Shown here in pieces: positions 26,501 through 39,500 of a DNA stretch of 64,000 nt. The stretch is taken from NCBI RefSeq assembly GCF_009914755.1, contig NC_060936.1; one strand, written 5' to 3'. The stretch is from the human T2T-CHM13v2.0 reference genome, Homo sapiens. Each line of letters opens with the position of its first letter. Position 1 is the stretch's first letter. Under the pieces are notes generated by a model, which did not search any database, was not told the DNA's origin, and saw only the letters and a program-made list of their open reading frames with translations. The position numbers were made by a program, and so were the translations under genes.

Positions 26501-29500
26501 AAGGGTGTTTAACATCTGCTCTTCTAAAGGAAAGTTCAACTCTATGAGTTGAATACACACAGCACAAAGAAGTTACTGAGACTTCTCCTATCAAACATTA
26601 TATGAAGAAATCCCGTTTCCAACGAAGGCCTCAAAGAGGTCCAAATATCTGCTTGCAGACTTTACAGACAGAGTGTTTCCAAACTGCTCCATCAAAAGAA
26701 AGGTTAACCTCCTTGAGTTGAACACACACATCACAAAGTAGTTTCTGTGAATGATTCTGTCTAGTTTTTATACGAAGATGTTTCCTTTTCTACCTTTGGT
26801 CTCAAAGCGATTGAAATCTCCACATGGAAACTCCACAAAAAGAGTGTTTCAAATCTGCTCTTTCTGAAGGAAGGTTCATCTCTGTGAGTTGAATACACAC
26901 ACCACAAATAAGTTACTGAGAATTCTTCTGTGTAACATTATATGAGGAAATCCCGTTTCCAACGAAGGCCTCAAAGAGGTCCAAATATCCACTTGCAGAC
27001 TTTACAAAGACAGTGTCTCCAAACTCCTCCATCAAAAGAAAGGTTATACTCTGTGAATTGAACGCACACATCACAAAGTAGTTTCTGAGAATGATTCTGT
27101 CTAGTTTTTATACGAAGATATTTCCTTTTCTACATTTGGCCTAAAAGCGCTTGAAATCTCCACCTGCAAATATCACAAAAAGAGGGTTTCACATCTGCTC
27201 TGTCTAAAGGACAGTTCACCTCTGTGAGTTGAATAGAGGCAACACAAAGAACTTACTCAGTATTCTTCTTTCTAGCGTTCTTTGAAGAAATCCCGTTTCC
27301 AACGAAGGCCCCAAAGAGGTCTAAATATCTGCTTGCAGACTTTACAGACAGAGTGTTTCCAAACTACTCTATGAAAAGAAAGCTTAAACTCCTTGAGTTG
27401 AACGCACACATCACAAAGTAGTTTCTGAGAATGATTCTGTCTAGTTTTTATACGAAGATGTTTCCTTTTCTACATTTGGTCTCAAAGCGATTGAAATCTC
27501 CAACTGGAAACTGCACAAATAGGGTGTTTCAAATCTGCTCTGTCTAAAGGAAGGTTCAACTCTGTGAGTTGAATACACACACCACAAATAAGTTACTGAG
27601 AATTCTTCTGTCGAACATTACATGAAGAAATCCCGTTTCCAACGAAGGCCTCAAAGACGTCCAAATATCCACTTGCAGACATTACAAACAGAGTGTTTCC
27701 AAACTGCTCCATCAAAAGAAAGGTTAAACTCTGTGAGCTGAACACACACATCAAAAAGAAGTTTCTGTGAATGATTCTGTCTAGATTTTATATGAAGATG
27801 TTTCCTTTTCTACCGTAGGCCTCAAAGCGCTTGAAATCTCCAGCTGCAAATTCCACAAAAAGGGTGTTTAACATCTGCTCTTCTAAAGGAAAGTTCAACT
27901 CTATGAGTTGAATACACACAGCACAAAGAAGTTACTGAGACTTCTTCTGTCTAACATTATATGAAGAAATCCCGTTTCCAACGAAGGCCTCAAAGAGGTC
28001 CAAATATCTGCCTGCAGACTTTACAGACAGAGTGTTTCCAAACTGCTCCATCAAAAGAAAGGTTAAACTCCTTGAGTTGAACACACACATCACAAAGTAG
28101 TTTCTGTGAATGATTCTGTCTAGTTTTTATACGAAGATGTTTCCTTTTCTACATTTGGTCTCAAAGCGATTGAAATCTCCACATGGAAACTGCACAAATA
28201 GGGTGTTTCAAATCTGCTCTGTCTAAAGGAAGGTTCAACTCTGTGAGTTGAATACACACACCACAAATAAGTTACTGAGAATTCTTCTTTCGAACACTAC
28301 TTGAAGAAATCCCGTTTCCAACGAAGGCCTCAAAGAGGTCCAAATATCCACTTGCAGACATTACAAACAGAGTGTTTCCAAACTGCTCCATCAAAAGAAA
28401 GGTTATACTCTGTGAATTGAACGCACACATCACAAAGTAGTTTCTGAGAATGATTCTGTCTAGTTTTTATACGAAGATATTTCCTTTTCTACATTTGGCC
28501 TAAAAGCGCTTGAAATCTCCACCTGCAAATATCACAAAAAGAGGGTTTCACATCTGCTCTGTCTAAAGGACAGTTCACCTCTGTGAGTTGAATAGAGGCA
28601 ACACAAAGAACTTACTCAGTATTCTTCTTTCTAGCGTTCTATGAAGAAATCCCGTTTCCAACGAAGGCCCCAAAGAGGTCCAAATATCTGCTTGCAGACT
28701 TTACAGACAGAGTGTTTCCAAACTACTCTATGAAAAGAAAGCTTAAACTCCTTGAGTTGAACGCACACATCACAAAGTAGTTTCTGAGAATGATTCTGTC
28801 TAGTTGTTATACGAAGATGTTTCCTTTTCTACATTTGGTCTCAAAGCGATTGAAATCTCCAACTGGAAACTGCACAAATAGGGTGTTTCAAATCTGCTCT
28901 GTCTAAAGGAAGGTTCAACTCTGTGAGTTGAATACACACACCACAAATAAGTTACTGAGAATTCTTCTTTCGAACACTACTTGAAGAAATCCCGTTTCCA
29001 ACGAAGGCCTCAAAGAGGTCCAAATATCCACTTGCAGACATTACAAACAGAGTGTTTCCAAACTGCTCCATCAAAAGAAAGGTTAAACTCTGTGAGCTGA
29101 ACACACACATCAAAAAGAAGTTTCTGTGAATGATTCTGTCTAGATTTTATAAGAAGATGTTTCCTTTTCTACCGTAGGCCTCAAAGCGCTTGAAATCTCC
29201 AGCTGCAAATTCCACAAAAAGGGTGTTTAACATCTGCTCTTCTAAAGGAAAGTTCAACTCTATGAGTTGAATACACACAGCACAAAGAAGTTACTGAGAC
29301 TTCTCCTATCAAACATTATATGAAGAAATCCCGTTTCCAACGAAGGACTCAAAGAGGTCCAAATATCTGCTTGCAGACTTTACAGACAGAGTGTTTCCAA
29401 ACTGCTCCATCAAAAGAAAGGTTAAACTCCTTGAGTTGAACACACACATCACAAAGTAGTTTCTGTGAATGATTCTGTCTAGTTTTTATACGAAGATGTT

Positions 29501-30500
29501 TCCTTTTCTACATTTGGTCTCAAAGCGATTGAAATCTCCAACTGGAAACTGCACAAATAGGGTGTTTCAAATCTGCTCTGTCTAAAGGAAGGTTCAACTC
29601 TGTGAGTTGAATACACACACCACAAATAAGTTACTGAGAATTCTTCTTTCGAACACTACTTGAAGAAATCCCGTTTCCAACGAAGGCCTCAAAGAGGTCC
29701 AAATATCCACTTGCAGACATTACAAACAGAGTGTTTCCAAACTGCTCCATCAAAAGAAAGGTTATACTCTGTGAATTGAACGCACACATCACAAAGTAGT
29801 TTCTGAGAATGATTCTGTCTAGTTTTTATACGAAGATATTTCCTTTTCTACATTTGGCCTAAAAGCGCTTGAAATCTCCACCTGCAAATATCACAAAAAG
29901 AGGGTTTCACATCTGCTCTGTCTAAAGGACAGTTCACCTCTGTGAGTTGAATAGAGGCAACACAAAGAACTTACTCAGTATTCTTCTTTCTAGCGTTCTA
30001 TGAAGAAATCCCGTTTCCAACGAAGTCCCCAAAGAGGTCCAAATATCTGCTTGCAGACTTTACAGACAGAGTGTTTCCAAACTACTCTATGAAAAGAAAG
30101 CTTAAACTCCTTGAGTTGAACGCACACATCACAAAGTAGTTTCTGAGAATGATTCTGTCTAGTTGTTATACGAAGATGTTTCCTTTTCTACATTTGGTCT
30201 CAAAGCGATTGAAATCTCCAACTGGAAACTGCACAAATAGGGTGTTTCAAATCTGCTCTGTCTAAAGGAAGGTTCAACTCTGTGAGTTGAATACACACAC
30301 CACAAATAAGTTACTGAGAATTCTTCTTTCGAACATTACTTGAAGAAATCCCGTTTCCAACGAAGACCTCAAAGAGGTCCAAATATCCACTTGCAGACAT
30401 TACAAACAGAGTGTTTCCAAACTGCTCCATCAAAAGAAAGGTTAAACTCTGTGAGCTGAACACACACATCAAAAAGAAGTTTCTGTGAATGATTCTGTCT
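18890..30500. repeat. Tandem duplication of a 4-HOR block, period 5,436 bp
   Basis: Paired variants 5,436 apart: tacagtag 19657/25093, atgagg 20385/25821, tttgaag 21845/27281, cgaaggactc 23905/29341, and hybrid HOR boxes 22874/28310 and 24233/29669. Confidence 0.88.
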
Positions 30501-33500
30501 AGATTTTATAAGAAGATGTTTCCTTTTCTACCGTAGGCCTCAAAGCGCTTGAAATCTCCAGCTGCAAATTCCACAAAAAGGGTGTTTAACATCTGCTCTT
30601 CTAAAGGAAAGTTCAACTCTATGAGTTGAATACACACAGCACAAAGAAGTTACTGAGACTTCTCCTATCAAACATTATATGAAGAAATCCCGTTTCCAAC
30701 GAAGGCCTCAAAGAGGTCCAAATATCTGCTTGCAGACTTTACAGACAGAGTGTTTCCAAACTGCTCCATCAAAAGAAAGGTTAAACTCCTTGAGTTGAAC
30801 ACACACATCACAAAGTAGTTTCTGTGAATGATTCTGTCTAGTTTTTATACGAAGATGTTTCCTTTTCTACCTTTGGTCTCAAAGCGATTGAAATCTCCAC
30901 ATGGAAACTCCACAAAAAGAGTGTTTCAAATCTGCTCTTTCTGAAGGAAGGTTCATCTCTGTGAGTTGAATACACACACCACAAATAAGTTACTGAGAAT
31001 TCTTCTGTGTAACATTATATGAGGAAATCCCGTTTCCAACGAAGGCCTCAAAGAGCTCCAAATATCCACTTGCAGACTTTACAAAGACAGTGTCTCCAAA
31101 CTCCTCCACCAAAAGAAAGGTTATACTCTGTGAATTGAACGCACACATCACAAAGTAGTTTCTGAGAATGATTCTGTCTAGTTTTTATACGAAGATATTT
31201 CCTTTTCTACATTTGGCCTAAAAGCGCTTGAAATCTCCACCTGCAAATATCACAAAAAGAGGGTTTCACATCTGCTCTGTCTAAAGGACAGTTCACCTCT
31301 GTGAGTTGAATAGAGGCAACACAAAGAACTTACTCAGTATTCTTCTTTCTAGCGTTCTATGAAGAAATCCCGTTTCCAACGAAGGCCCCAAAGAGGTCCA
31401 AATATCTGCTTGCAGACTTTACAGACAGAGTGTTTCCAAACTACTCTATGAAAAGAAAGCTTAAACTCCTTGAGTTGAACGCACACATCACAAAGTAGTT
31501 TCTGAGAATGATTCTGTCTAGTTTTTATACGAAGATGTTTCCTTTTCTACGTTTGGTCTCAAAGCGATTGAAATCTCCAACTGGAAACTGCACAAATAGG
31601 GTGTTTCAAATCTGCTCTGTCTAAAGGAAGGTTCAACTCTGTGAGTTGAATACACACACCACAAATAAGTTACTGAGAATTCTTCTGTCGAACATTACTT
31701 GAAGAAATCCCGTTTCCAACGAAGGCCTCAAAGAGGTCCAAATATCCACTTGCAGACATTACAAACAGATTGTTTCCAACCTGCTCCATCAAAAGAAAGG
31801 TTAAACTCTGTGAGCTGAACACACACATCAAAAAGAAGTTTCTGTGAATGATTCTGTCTAGATTTTATAAGAAGATGTTTCCTTTTCTACCGTAGGCCTC
31901 AAAGCGCTTGAAATCTCCAGCTGCAAATTCCACAAAAAGGGTGTTTAACATCTGCTCTTCTAAAGGAAAGTTCAACTCTATGAGTTGAATACACACAGCA
32001 CAAAGAAGTTACTGAGACTTCTCCTATCAAACATTATATGAAGAAATCCCGTTTCCAACGAAGGCCTCAAAGAGGTCCAAATATCTGCTTGCAGACTTTA
32101 CAGACAGAGTGTTTCCAAACTGCTCCATCAAAAGAAAGGTTAACCTCCTTGAGTTGAACACACACATCACAAAGTAGTTTCTGTGAATGATTCTGTCTAG
32201 TTTTTATACGAAGATGTTTCCTTTTCTACCTTTGGTCTCAAAGCGATTGAAATCTCCACATGGAAACTCCACAAAAAGAGTGTTTCAAATCTGCTCTTTC
32301 TGAAGGAAGGTTCATCTCTGTGAGTTGAATACACACACCACAAATAAGTTACTGAGAATTCTTCTGTGTAACATTATATGAGGAAATCCCGTTTCCAACG
32401 AAGGCCTCAAAGAGGTCCAAATATCCACTTGCAGACTTTACAAAGACAGTGTCTCCAAACTCCTCCATCAAAAGAAAGGTTATACTCTGTGAATTGAACG
32501 CACACATCACAAAGTAGTTTCTGAGAATGATTCTGTCTAGTTTTTATACGAAGATATTTCCTTTTCTACATTTGGCCTAAAAGCGCTTGAAATCTCCACC
32601 TGCAAATATCACAAAAAGAGGGTTTCACATCTGCTCTGTCTAAAGGACAGTTCACCTCTGTGAGTTGAATAGAGGCAACACAAAGAACTTACTCAGTATT
32701 CTTCTTTCTAGCGTTCTATGAAGAAATCCCGTTTCCAACGAAGGCCCCAAAGAGGTCCAAATATCTGCTTGCAGACTTTACAGACAGAGTGTTTCCAAAC
32801 TACTCTATGAAAAGAAAGCTTAAACTCCTTGAGTTGAACGCACACATCACAAAGTAGTTTCTGAGAATGATTCTGTCTAGTTGTTATACGAAGATGTTTC
32901 CTTTTCTACGTTTGGTCTCAAAGCGATTGAAATCTCCAACTGGAAACTGCACAAATAGGGTGTTTCAAATCTGCTGTGTCTAAAGGAAGGTTCAACTCTG
33001 TGAGTTGAATACACACACCACAAATAAGTTACTGAGAATTCTTCTGTCGAACATTACATGAAGAAATCCCGTTTCCAACGAAGGCCTCAAAGAGGTCCAA
33101 ATATCCACTTGCAGACATTACAAACAGATTGTTTCCAACCTGCTCCATCAAAAGAAAGGTTAAACTCTGTGAGCTGAACACACACATCAAAAAGAAGTTT
33201 CTGTGAATGATTCTGTCTAGATTTTATAAGAAGATGTTTCCTTTTCTACCGTAGGCCTCAAAGCGCTTGAAATCTCCAGCTGCAAATTCCACAAAAAGGG
33301 TGTTTAACATCTGCTCTTCTAAAGGAAAGTTCAACTCTATGAGTTGAATACACACAGCACAAAGAAGTTACTGAGACTTCTCCTATCAAACATTATATGA
33401 AGAAATCCCGTTTCCAACGAAGGCCTCAAAGAGGTCCAAATATCTGCTTGCAGACTTTACAGACAGAGTGTTTCCAAACTGCTCCATCAAAAGAAAGGTT

Positions 33501-36500
33501 AACCTCCTTGAGTTGAACACACACATCACAAAGTAGTTTCTGTGAATGATTCTGTCTAGTTTTTATACGAAGATGTTTCCTTTTCTACCTTTGGTCTCAA
33601 AGCGATTGAAATCTCCACATGGAAACTCCACAAAAAGAGTGTTTCAAATCTGCTCTTTCTGAAGGAAGGTTCATCTCTGTGAGTTGAATACACACACCAC
33701 AAATAAGTTACTGAGAATTCTTCTGTGTAACATTATATGAGGAAATCCCGTTTCCAACGAAGGCCTCAAAGAGGTCCAAATATCCACTTGCAGACTTTAC
33801 AAAGACAGTGTCTCCAAACTCCTCCATCAAAAGAAAGGTTATACTCTGTGAATTGAACGCACACATCACAAAGTAGTTTCTGAGAATGATTCTGTCTAGT
33901 TTTTATACGAAGATATTTCCTTTTCTACATTTGGCCTAAAAGCGCTTGAAATCTCCACCTGCAAATATCACAAAAAGAGGGTTTCACATCTGCTCTGTCT
34001 GAAGGACAGTTCACCTCTGTGAGTTGAATAGAGGCAACACAAAGAACTTACTCAGTATTCTTCTTTCTAGCGTTCTATGAAGAAATCCCGTTTCCAACGA
34101 AGGCCCCAAAGAGGTCCAAATATCTGCTTGCAGACTTTACAGACAGAGTGTTTCCAAACTACTCTATGAAAAGAAAGCTTAAACTCCTTGAGTTGAACGC
34201 ACACATCACAAAGTAGTTTCTGAGAATGATTCTGTCTAGTTTTTATACGAAGATGTTTCCTTTTCTACATTTGGTCTCAAAGCGATTGAAATCTCCAACT
34301 GGAAACTGCACAAATAGGGTGTTTCAAATCTGCTCTGTCTAAAGGAAGGTTCAACTCTGTGAGTTGAATACACACACCACAAATAAGTTACTGAGAATTC
34401 TTCTGTCGAACATTACATGAAGAAATCCCGTTTCCAACGAAGGCCTCAAAGACGTCCAAATATCCACTTGCAGACATTACAAACAGAGTGTTTCCAAACT
34501 GCTCCATCAAAAGAAAGGTTAAACTCTGTGAGCTGAACACACACATCAAAAAGAAGTTTCTGTGAATGATTCTGTCTAGATTTTATAAGAAGATGTTTCC
34601 TTTTCTACCGTAGGCCTCAAAGCGCTTGAAATCTCCAGCTGCAAATTCCACAAAAAGGGTGTTTAACATCTGCTCTTCTAAAGGAAAGTTCAACTCTATG
34701 AGTTGAATACACACAGCACAAAGAAGTTACTGAGACTTCTTCTGTCTAACATTATATGAAGAAATCCCGTTTCCAACGAAGGCCTCAAAGAGGTCCAAAT
34801 ATCTGCCTGCAGACTTTACAGACAGAGTGTTTCCAAACTGCTCCATCAAAAGAAAGGTTAAACTCCTTGAGTTGAACACACACATCACAAAGTAGTTTCT
34901 GTGAATGATTCTGTCTAGTTTTTATACGAAGATGTTTCCTTTTCTACCTTTGGTCTCAAAGCGATTGAAATCTCCACATGGAAACTCCACAAAAAGAGTG
35001 TTTCAAATCTGCTCCTTCTGAAGGAAGGTTCATCTCTGTGAGTTGAATACACACACCACAAATAAGTTACTGAGAATTCTTCTGTGTAACATTATATGAG
35101 GAAATCCCGTTTCCAACGAAGGCCTCAAAGAGGTCCAAATATCCACTTGCAGACTTTACAAAGACAGTGTCTCCAAACTCCTCCATCAAAAGAAAGGTTA
35201 TACTCTGTGAATTGAACGCACACATCACAAAGTAGTTTCTGAGAATGATTCTGTCTAGTTTTTATACGAAGATATTTCCTTTTCTACATTTGGCCTAAAA
35301 GCGCTTGAAATCTCCACCTGCAAATATCACAAAAAGAGGGTTTCACATCTGCTCTGTCTAAAGGACAGTTCACCTCTGTGAGTTGAATAGAGGCAACACA
35401 AAGAACTTACTCAGTATTCTTCTTTCTAGCGTTCTATGAAGAAATCCCGTTTCCAACGAAGGCCCCAAAGAGGTCCAAATATCTGCTTGCAGACTTTACA
35501 GACAGAGTGTTTCCAAACTACTCTATGAAAAGAAAGCTTAAACTCCTTGAGTTGAACGCACACATCACAAAGTAGTTTCTGAGAATGATTCTGTCTAGTT
35601 TTTATACGAAGATGTTTCCTTTTCTACATTTGGTCTCAAAGCGATTGAAATCTCCAACTGGAAACTGCACAAATAGGGTGTTTCAAATCTGCTCTGTCTA
35701 AAGGAAGGTTCAACTCTGTGAGTTGAATACACACACCACAAATAAGTTACTGAGAATTCTTCTGTCGAACATTACATGAAGAAATCCCGTTTCCAACGAA
35801 GGCCTCAAAGACGTCCAAATATCCACTTGCAGACATTACAAACAGAGTGTTTCCAAACTGCTCCATCAAAAGAAAGGTTAAACTCTGTGAGCTGAACACA
35901 CACATCAAAAAGAAGTTTCTGTGAATGATTCTGTCTAGATTTTATAAGAAGATGTTTCCTTTTCTACCGTAGGCCTCAAAGCGCTTGAAATCTCCAGCTG
36001 CAAATTCCACAAAAAGGGTGTTTAACATCTGCTCTTCTAAAGGAAAGTTCAACTCTATGAGTTGAATACACACAGCACAAAGAAGTTACTGAGACTTCTT
36101 CTGTCTAACATTATATGAAGAAATCCCGTTTCCAACGAAGGCCTCAAAGAGGTCCAAATATCTGCCTGCAGACTTTACAGACAGAGTGTTTCCAAACTGC
36201 TCCATCAAAAGAAAGGTTAAACTCCTTGAGTTGAACACACACATCACAAAGTAGTTTCTGTGAATGATTCTGTCTAGTTTTTATACGAAGATGTTTCCTT
36301 TTCTACCTTTGGTCTCAAAGCGATTGAAATCTCCACATGGAAACTCCACAAAAAGAGTGTTTCAAATCTGCTCTTTCTGAAGGAAGGTTCATCTCTGTGA
36401 GTTGAATACACACACCACAAATAAGTTACTGAGAATTCTTCTGTGTAACATTATATGAGGAAATCCCGTTTCCAACGAAGGCCTCAAAGAGGTCCAAATA

Positions 36501-36799
36501 TCCACTTGCAGACTTTACAAAGACAGTGTCTCCAAACTCCTCCATCAAAAGAAAGGTTATACTCTGTGAATTGAACGCACACATCACAAAGTAGTTTCTG
36601 AGAATGATTCTGTCTAGTTTTTATACGAAGATATTTCCTTTTCTACATTTGGCCTAAAAGCGCTTGAAATCTCCACCTGCAAATATCACAAAAAGAGGGT
36701 TTCACATCTGCTCTGTCTAAAGGACAGTTCACCTCTGTGAGTTGAATAGAGGCAACACAAAGAACTTACTCAGTATTCTTCTTTCTAGCGTTCTATGAA

Positions 36800-39500
36800 G
36801 AAATCCCGTTTCCAACGAAGGCCCTAAAGAGGTCCAAATATCTGCTTGCAGACTTTACATACAGAGTGTTTCCAAACTACTCTATGAAAAGAAAGCTTAA
36901 ACTCCTTGAGTTGAACGCACACATCACAAAGTAGTTTCTGAGAATGATTCTGTCTAGTTGTTATACGAAGATGTTTCCTTTTCTACATTTGGTCTCAAAG
37001 CGATTGAAATCTCCAACTGGAAACTGCACAAATAGGGTGTTTCAAATCTGCTCTGTCTAAAGGAAGGTTCAACTCTGTGAGTTGAATACACACACCACAA
37101 ATAAGTTACTGAGAATTCTTCTGTCGAACATTACTTGAAGAAATCCCGTTTCCAACGAAGGCCTCAAAGCGGTCCAAATATCCACTTGCAGACATTACAA
37201 ACAGAGTGTTTCCAAACTGCTCCATCAAAAGAAAGGTTAAACTCTGTGAGCTGAACACACACATCAAAAAGAAGTGTCTGTGAATGATTCTGTCTAGATT
37301 TTATAAGAAGATGTTTCCTTTTCTACCGTAGGCCTCAAAGCGCTTGAAATCTCCAGCTGCAAATTCCACAAAAAGGGTGTTTAACATCTGCTCTTCTAAA
37401 GGAAAGTTCAACTCTATGAGTTGAATACACACAGCACAAAGAAGTTACTGAGACTTCTTCTGTCTAACATTATATGAAGAAATCCCGTTTCCAACGAAGG
37501 CCTCAAAGAGGTCCAAATATCTGCCTGCAGACTTTACAGACAGAGTGTTTCCAAACTGCTCCATCAAAAGAAAGGTTAAACTCCTTGAGTTGAACACACA
37601 CATCACAAAGTAGTTTCTGTGAATGATTCTGTCTAGTTTTTATACGAAGATGTTTCCTTTTCTACCTTTGGTCTCAAAGCGATTGAAATCTCCACATGGA
37701 AACTCCACAAAAAGAGTGTTTCAAATCTGCTCCTTCTAAAGGAAGGTTCATCTCTGTGAGTTGAATACACACACCACAAATAAGTTACTGAGAATTCTTC
37801 TGTGTAACATTATATGAGGAAATCCCGTTTCCAACGAAGGCCTCAAAGAGGTCCAAATATCCACTTGCAGACTTTACAAAGACAGTGTCTCCAAACTCCT
37901 CCATCAAAAGAAAGGTTATACTCTGTGAATTGAACGCACACATCACAAAGTAGTTTCTGAGAATGATTCTGTCTAGTTTTTATACGAAGATATTTCCTTT
38001 TCTACATTTGGCCTAAAAGCGCTTGAAATCTCCACCTGCAAATATCACAAAAAGAGGGTTTCACATCTGCTCTGTCTAAAGGACAGTTCACCTCTGTGAG
38101 TTGAATAGAGGCAACACAAAGAACTTACTCAGTATTCTTCTTTCTAGCGTTCTATGAAGAAATCCCGTTTCCAACGAAGGCCCTAAAGAGGTCCAAATAT
38201 CTGCTTGCAGACTTTACATACAGAGTGTTTCCAAACTACTCTATGAAAAGAAAGCTTAAACTCCTTGAGTTGAACGCACACATCACAAAGTAGTTTCTGA
38301 GAATGATTCTGTCTAGTTGTTATACGAAGATGTTTCCTTTTCTACATTTGGTCTCAAAGCGATTGAAATCTCCAACTGGAAACTGCACAAATAGGGTGTT
38401 TCAAATCTGCTCTGTCTAAAGGAAGGTTCAACTCTGTGAGTTGAATACACACACCACAAATAAGTTACTGAGAATTCTTCTGTCGAACATTACTTGAAGA
38501 AATCCCGTTTCCAACGAAGGCCTCAAAGCGGTCCAAATATCCACTTGCAGACATTACAAACAGAGTGTTTCCAAACTGCTCCATCAAAAGAAAGGTTAAA
38601 CTCTGTGAGCTGAACACACACATCAAAAAGAAGTGTCTGTGAATGATTCTGTCTAGATTTTATAAGAAGATGTTTCCTTTTCTACCGTAGGCCTCAAAGC
38701 GCTTGAAATCTCCAGCTGCAAATTCCACAAAAAGGGTGTTTAACATCTGCTCTTCTAAAGGAAAGTTCAACTCTATGAGTTGAATACACACAGCACAAAG
38801 AAGTTACTGAGACTTCTTCTGTCTAACATTATATGAAGAAATCCCGTTTCCAACGAAGGCCTCAAAGAGGTCCAAATATCTGCCTGCAGACTTTACAGAC
38901 AGAGTGTTTCCAAACTGCTCCATCAAAAGAAAGGTTAAACTCCTTGAGTTGAACACACACATCACAAAGTAGTTTCTGTGAATGATTCTGTCTAGTTTTT
39001 ATACGAAGATGTTTCCTTTTCTACCTTTGGTCTCAAAGCGATTGAAATCTCCACATGGAAACTCCACAAAAAGAGTGTTTCAAATCTGCTCCTTCTAAAG
39101 GAAGGTTCATCTCTGTGAGTTGAATACACACACCACAAATAAGTTACTGAGAATTCTTCTGTGTAACATTATATGAGGAAATCCCGTTTCCAACGAAGGC
39201 CTCAAAGAGGTCCAAATATCCACTTGCAGACTTTACAAAGACAGTGTCTCCAAACTCCTCCATCAAAAGAAAGGTTATACTCTGTGAATTGAACGCACAC
39301 ATCACAAAGTAGTTTCTGAGAATGATTCTGTCTAGTTTTTATACGAAGATATTTCCTTTTCTACATTTGGCCTAAAAGCGCTTGAAATCTCCACCTGCAA
39401 ATATCACAAAAAGAGGGTTTCACATCTGCTCTGTCTAAAGGACAGTTCACCTCTGTGAGTTGAATAGAGGCAACACAAAGAACTTACTCAGTATTCTTCT
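36800..39500. repeat. Tandem duplication of a single HOR (period 1,359)
   Basis: Adjacent HORs share gccctaaag (~36821/38180), tttacatac (~36854/38213), aaagcggtcc (~37166/38525), gaagtgtctg (~37271/38630) and ctccttctaaag (~37730/39089). Confidence 0.85.
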
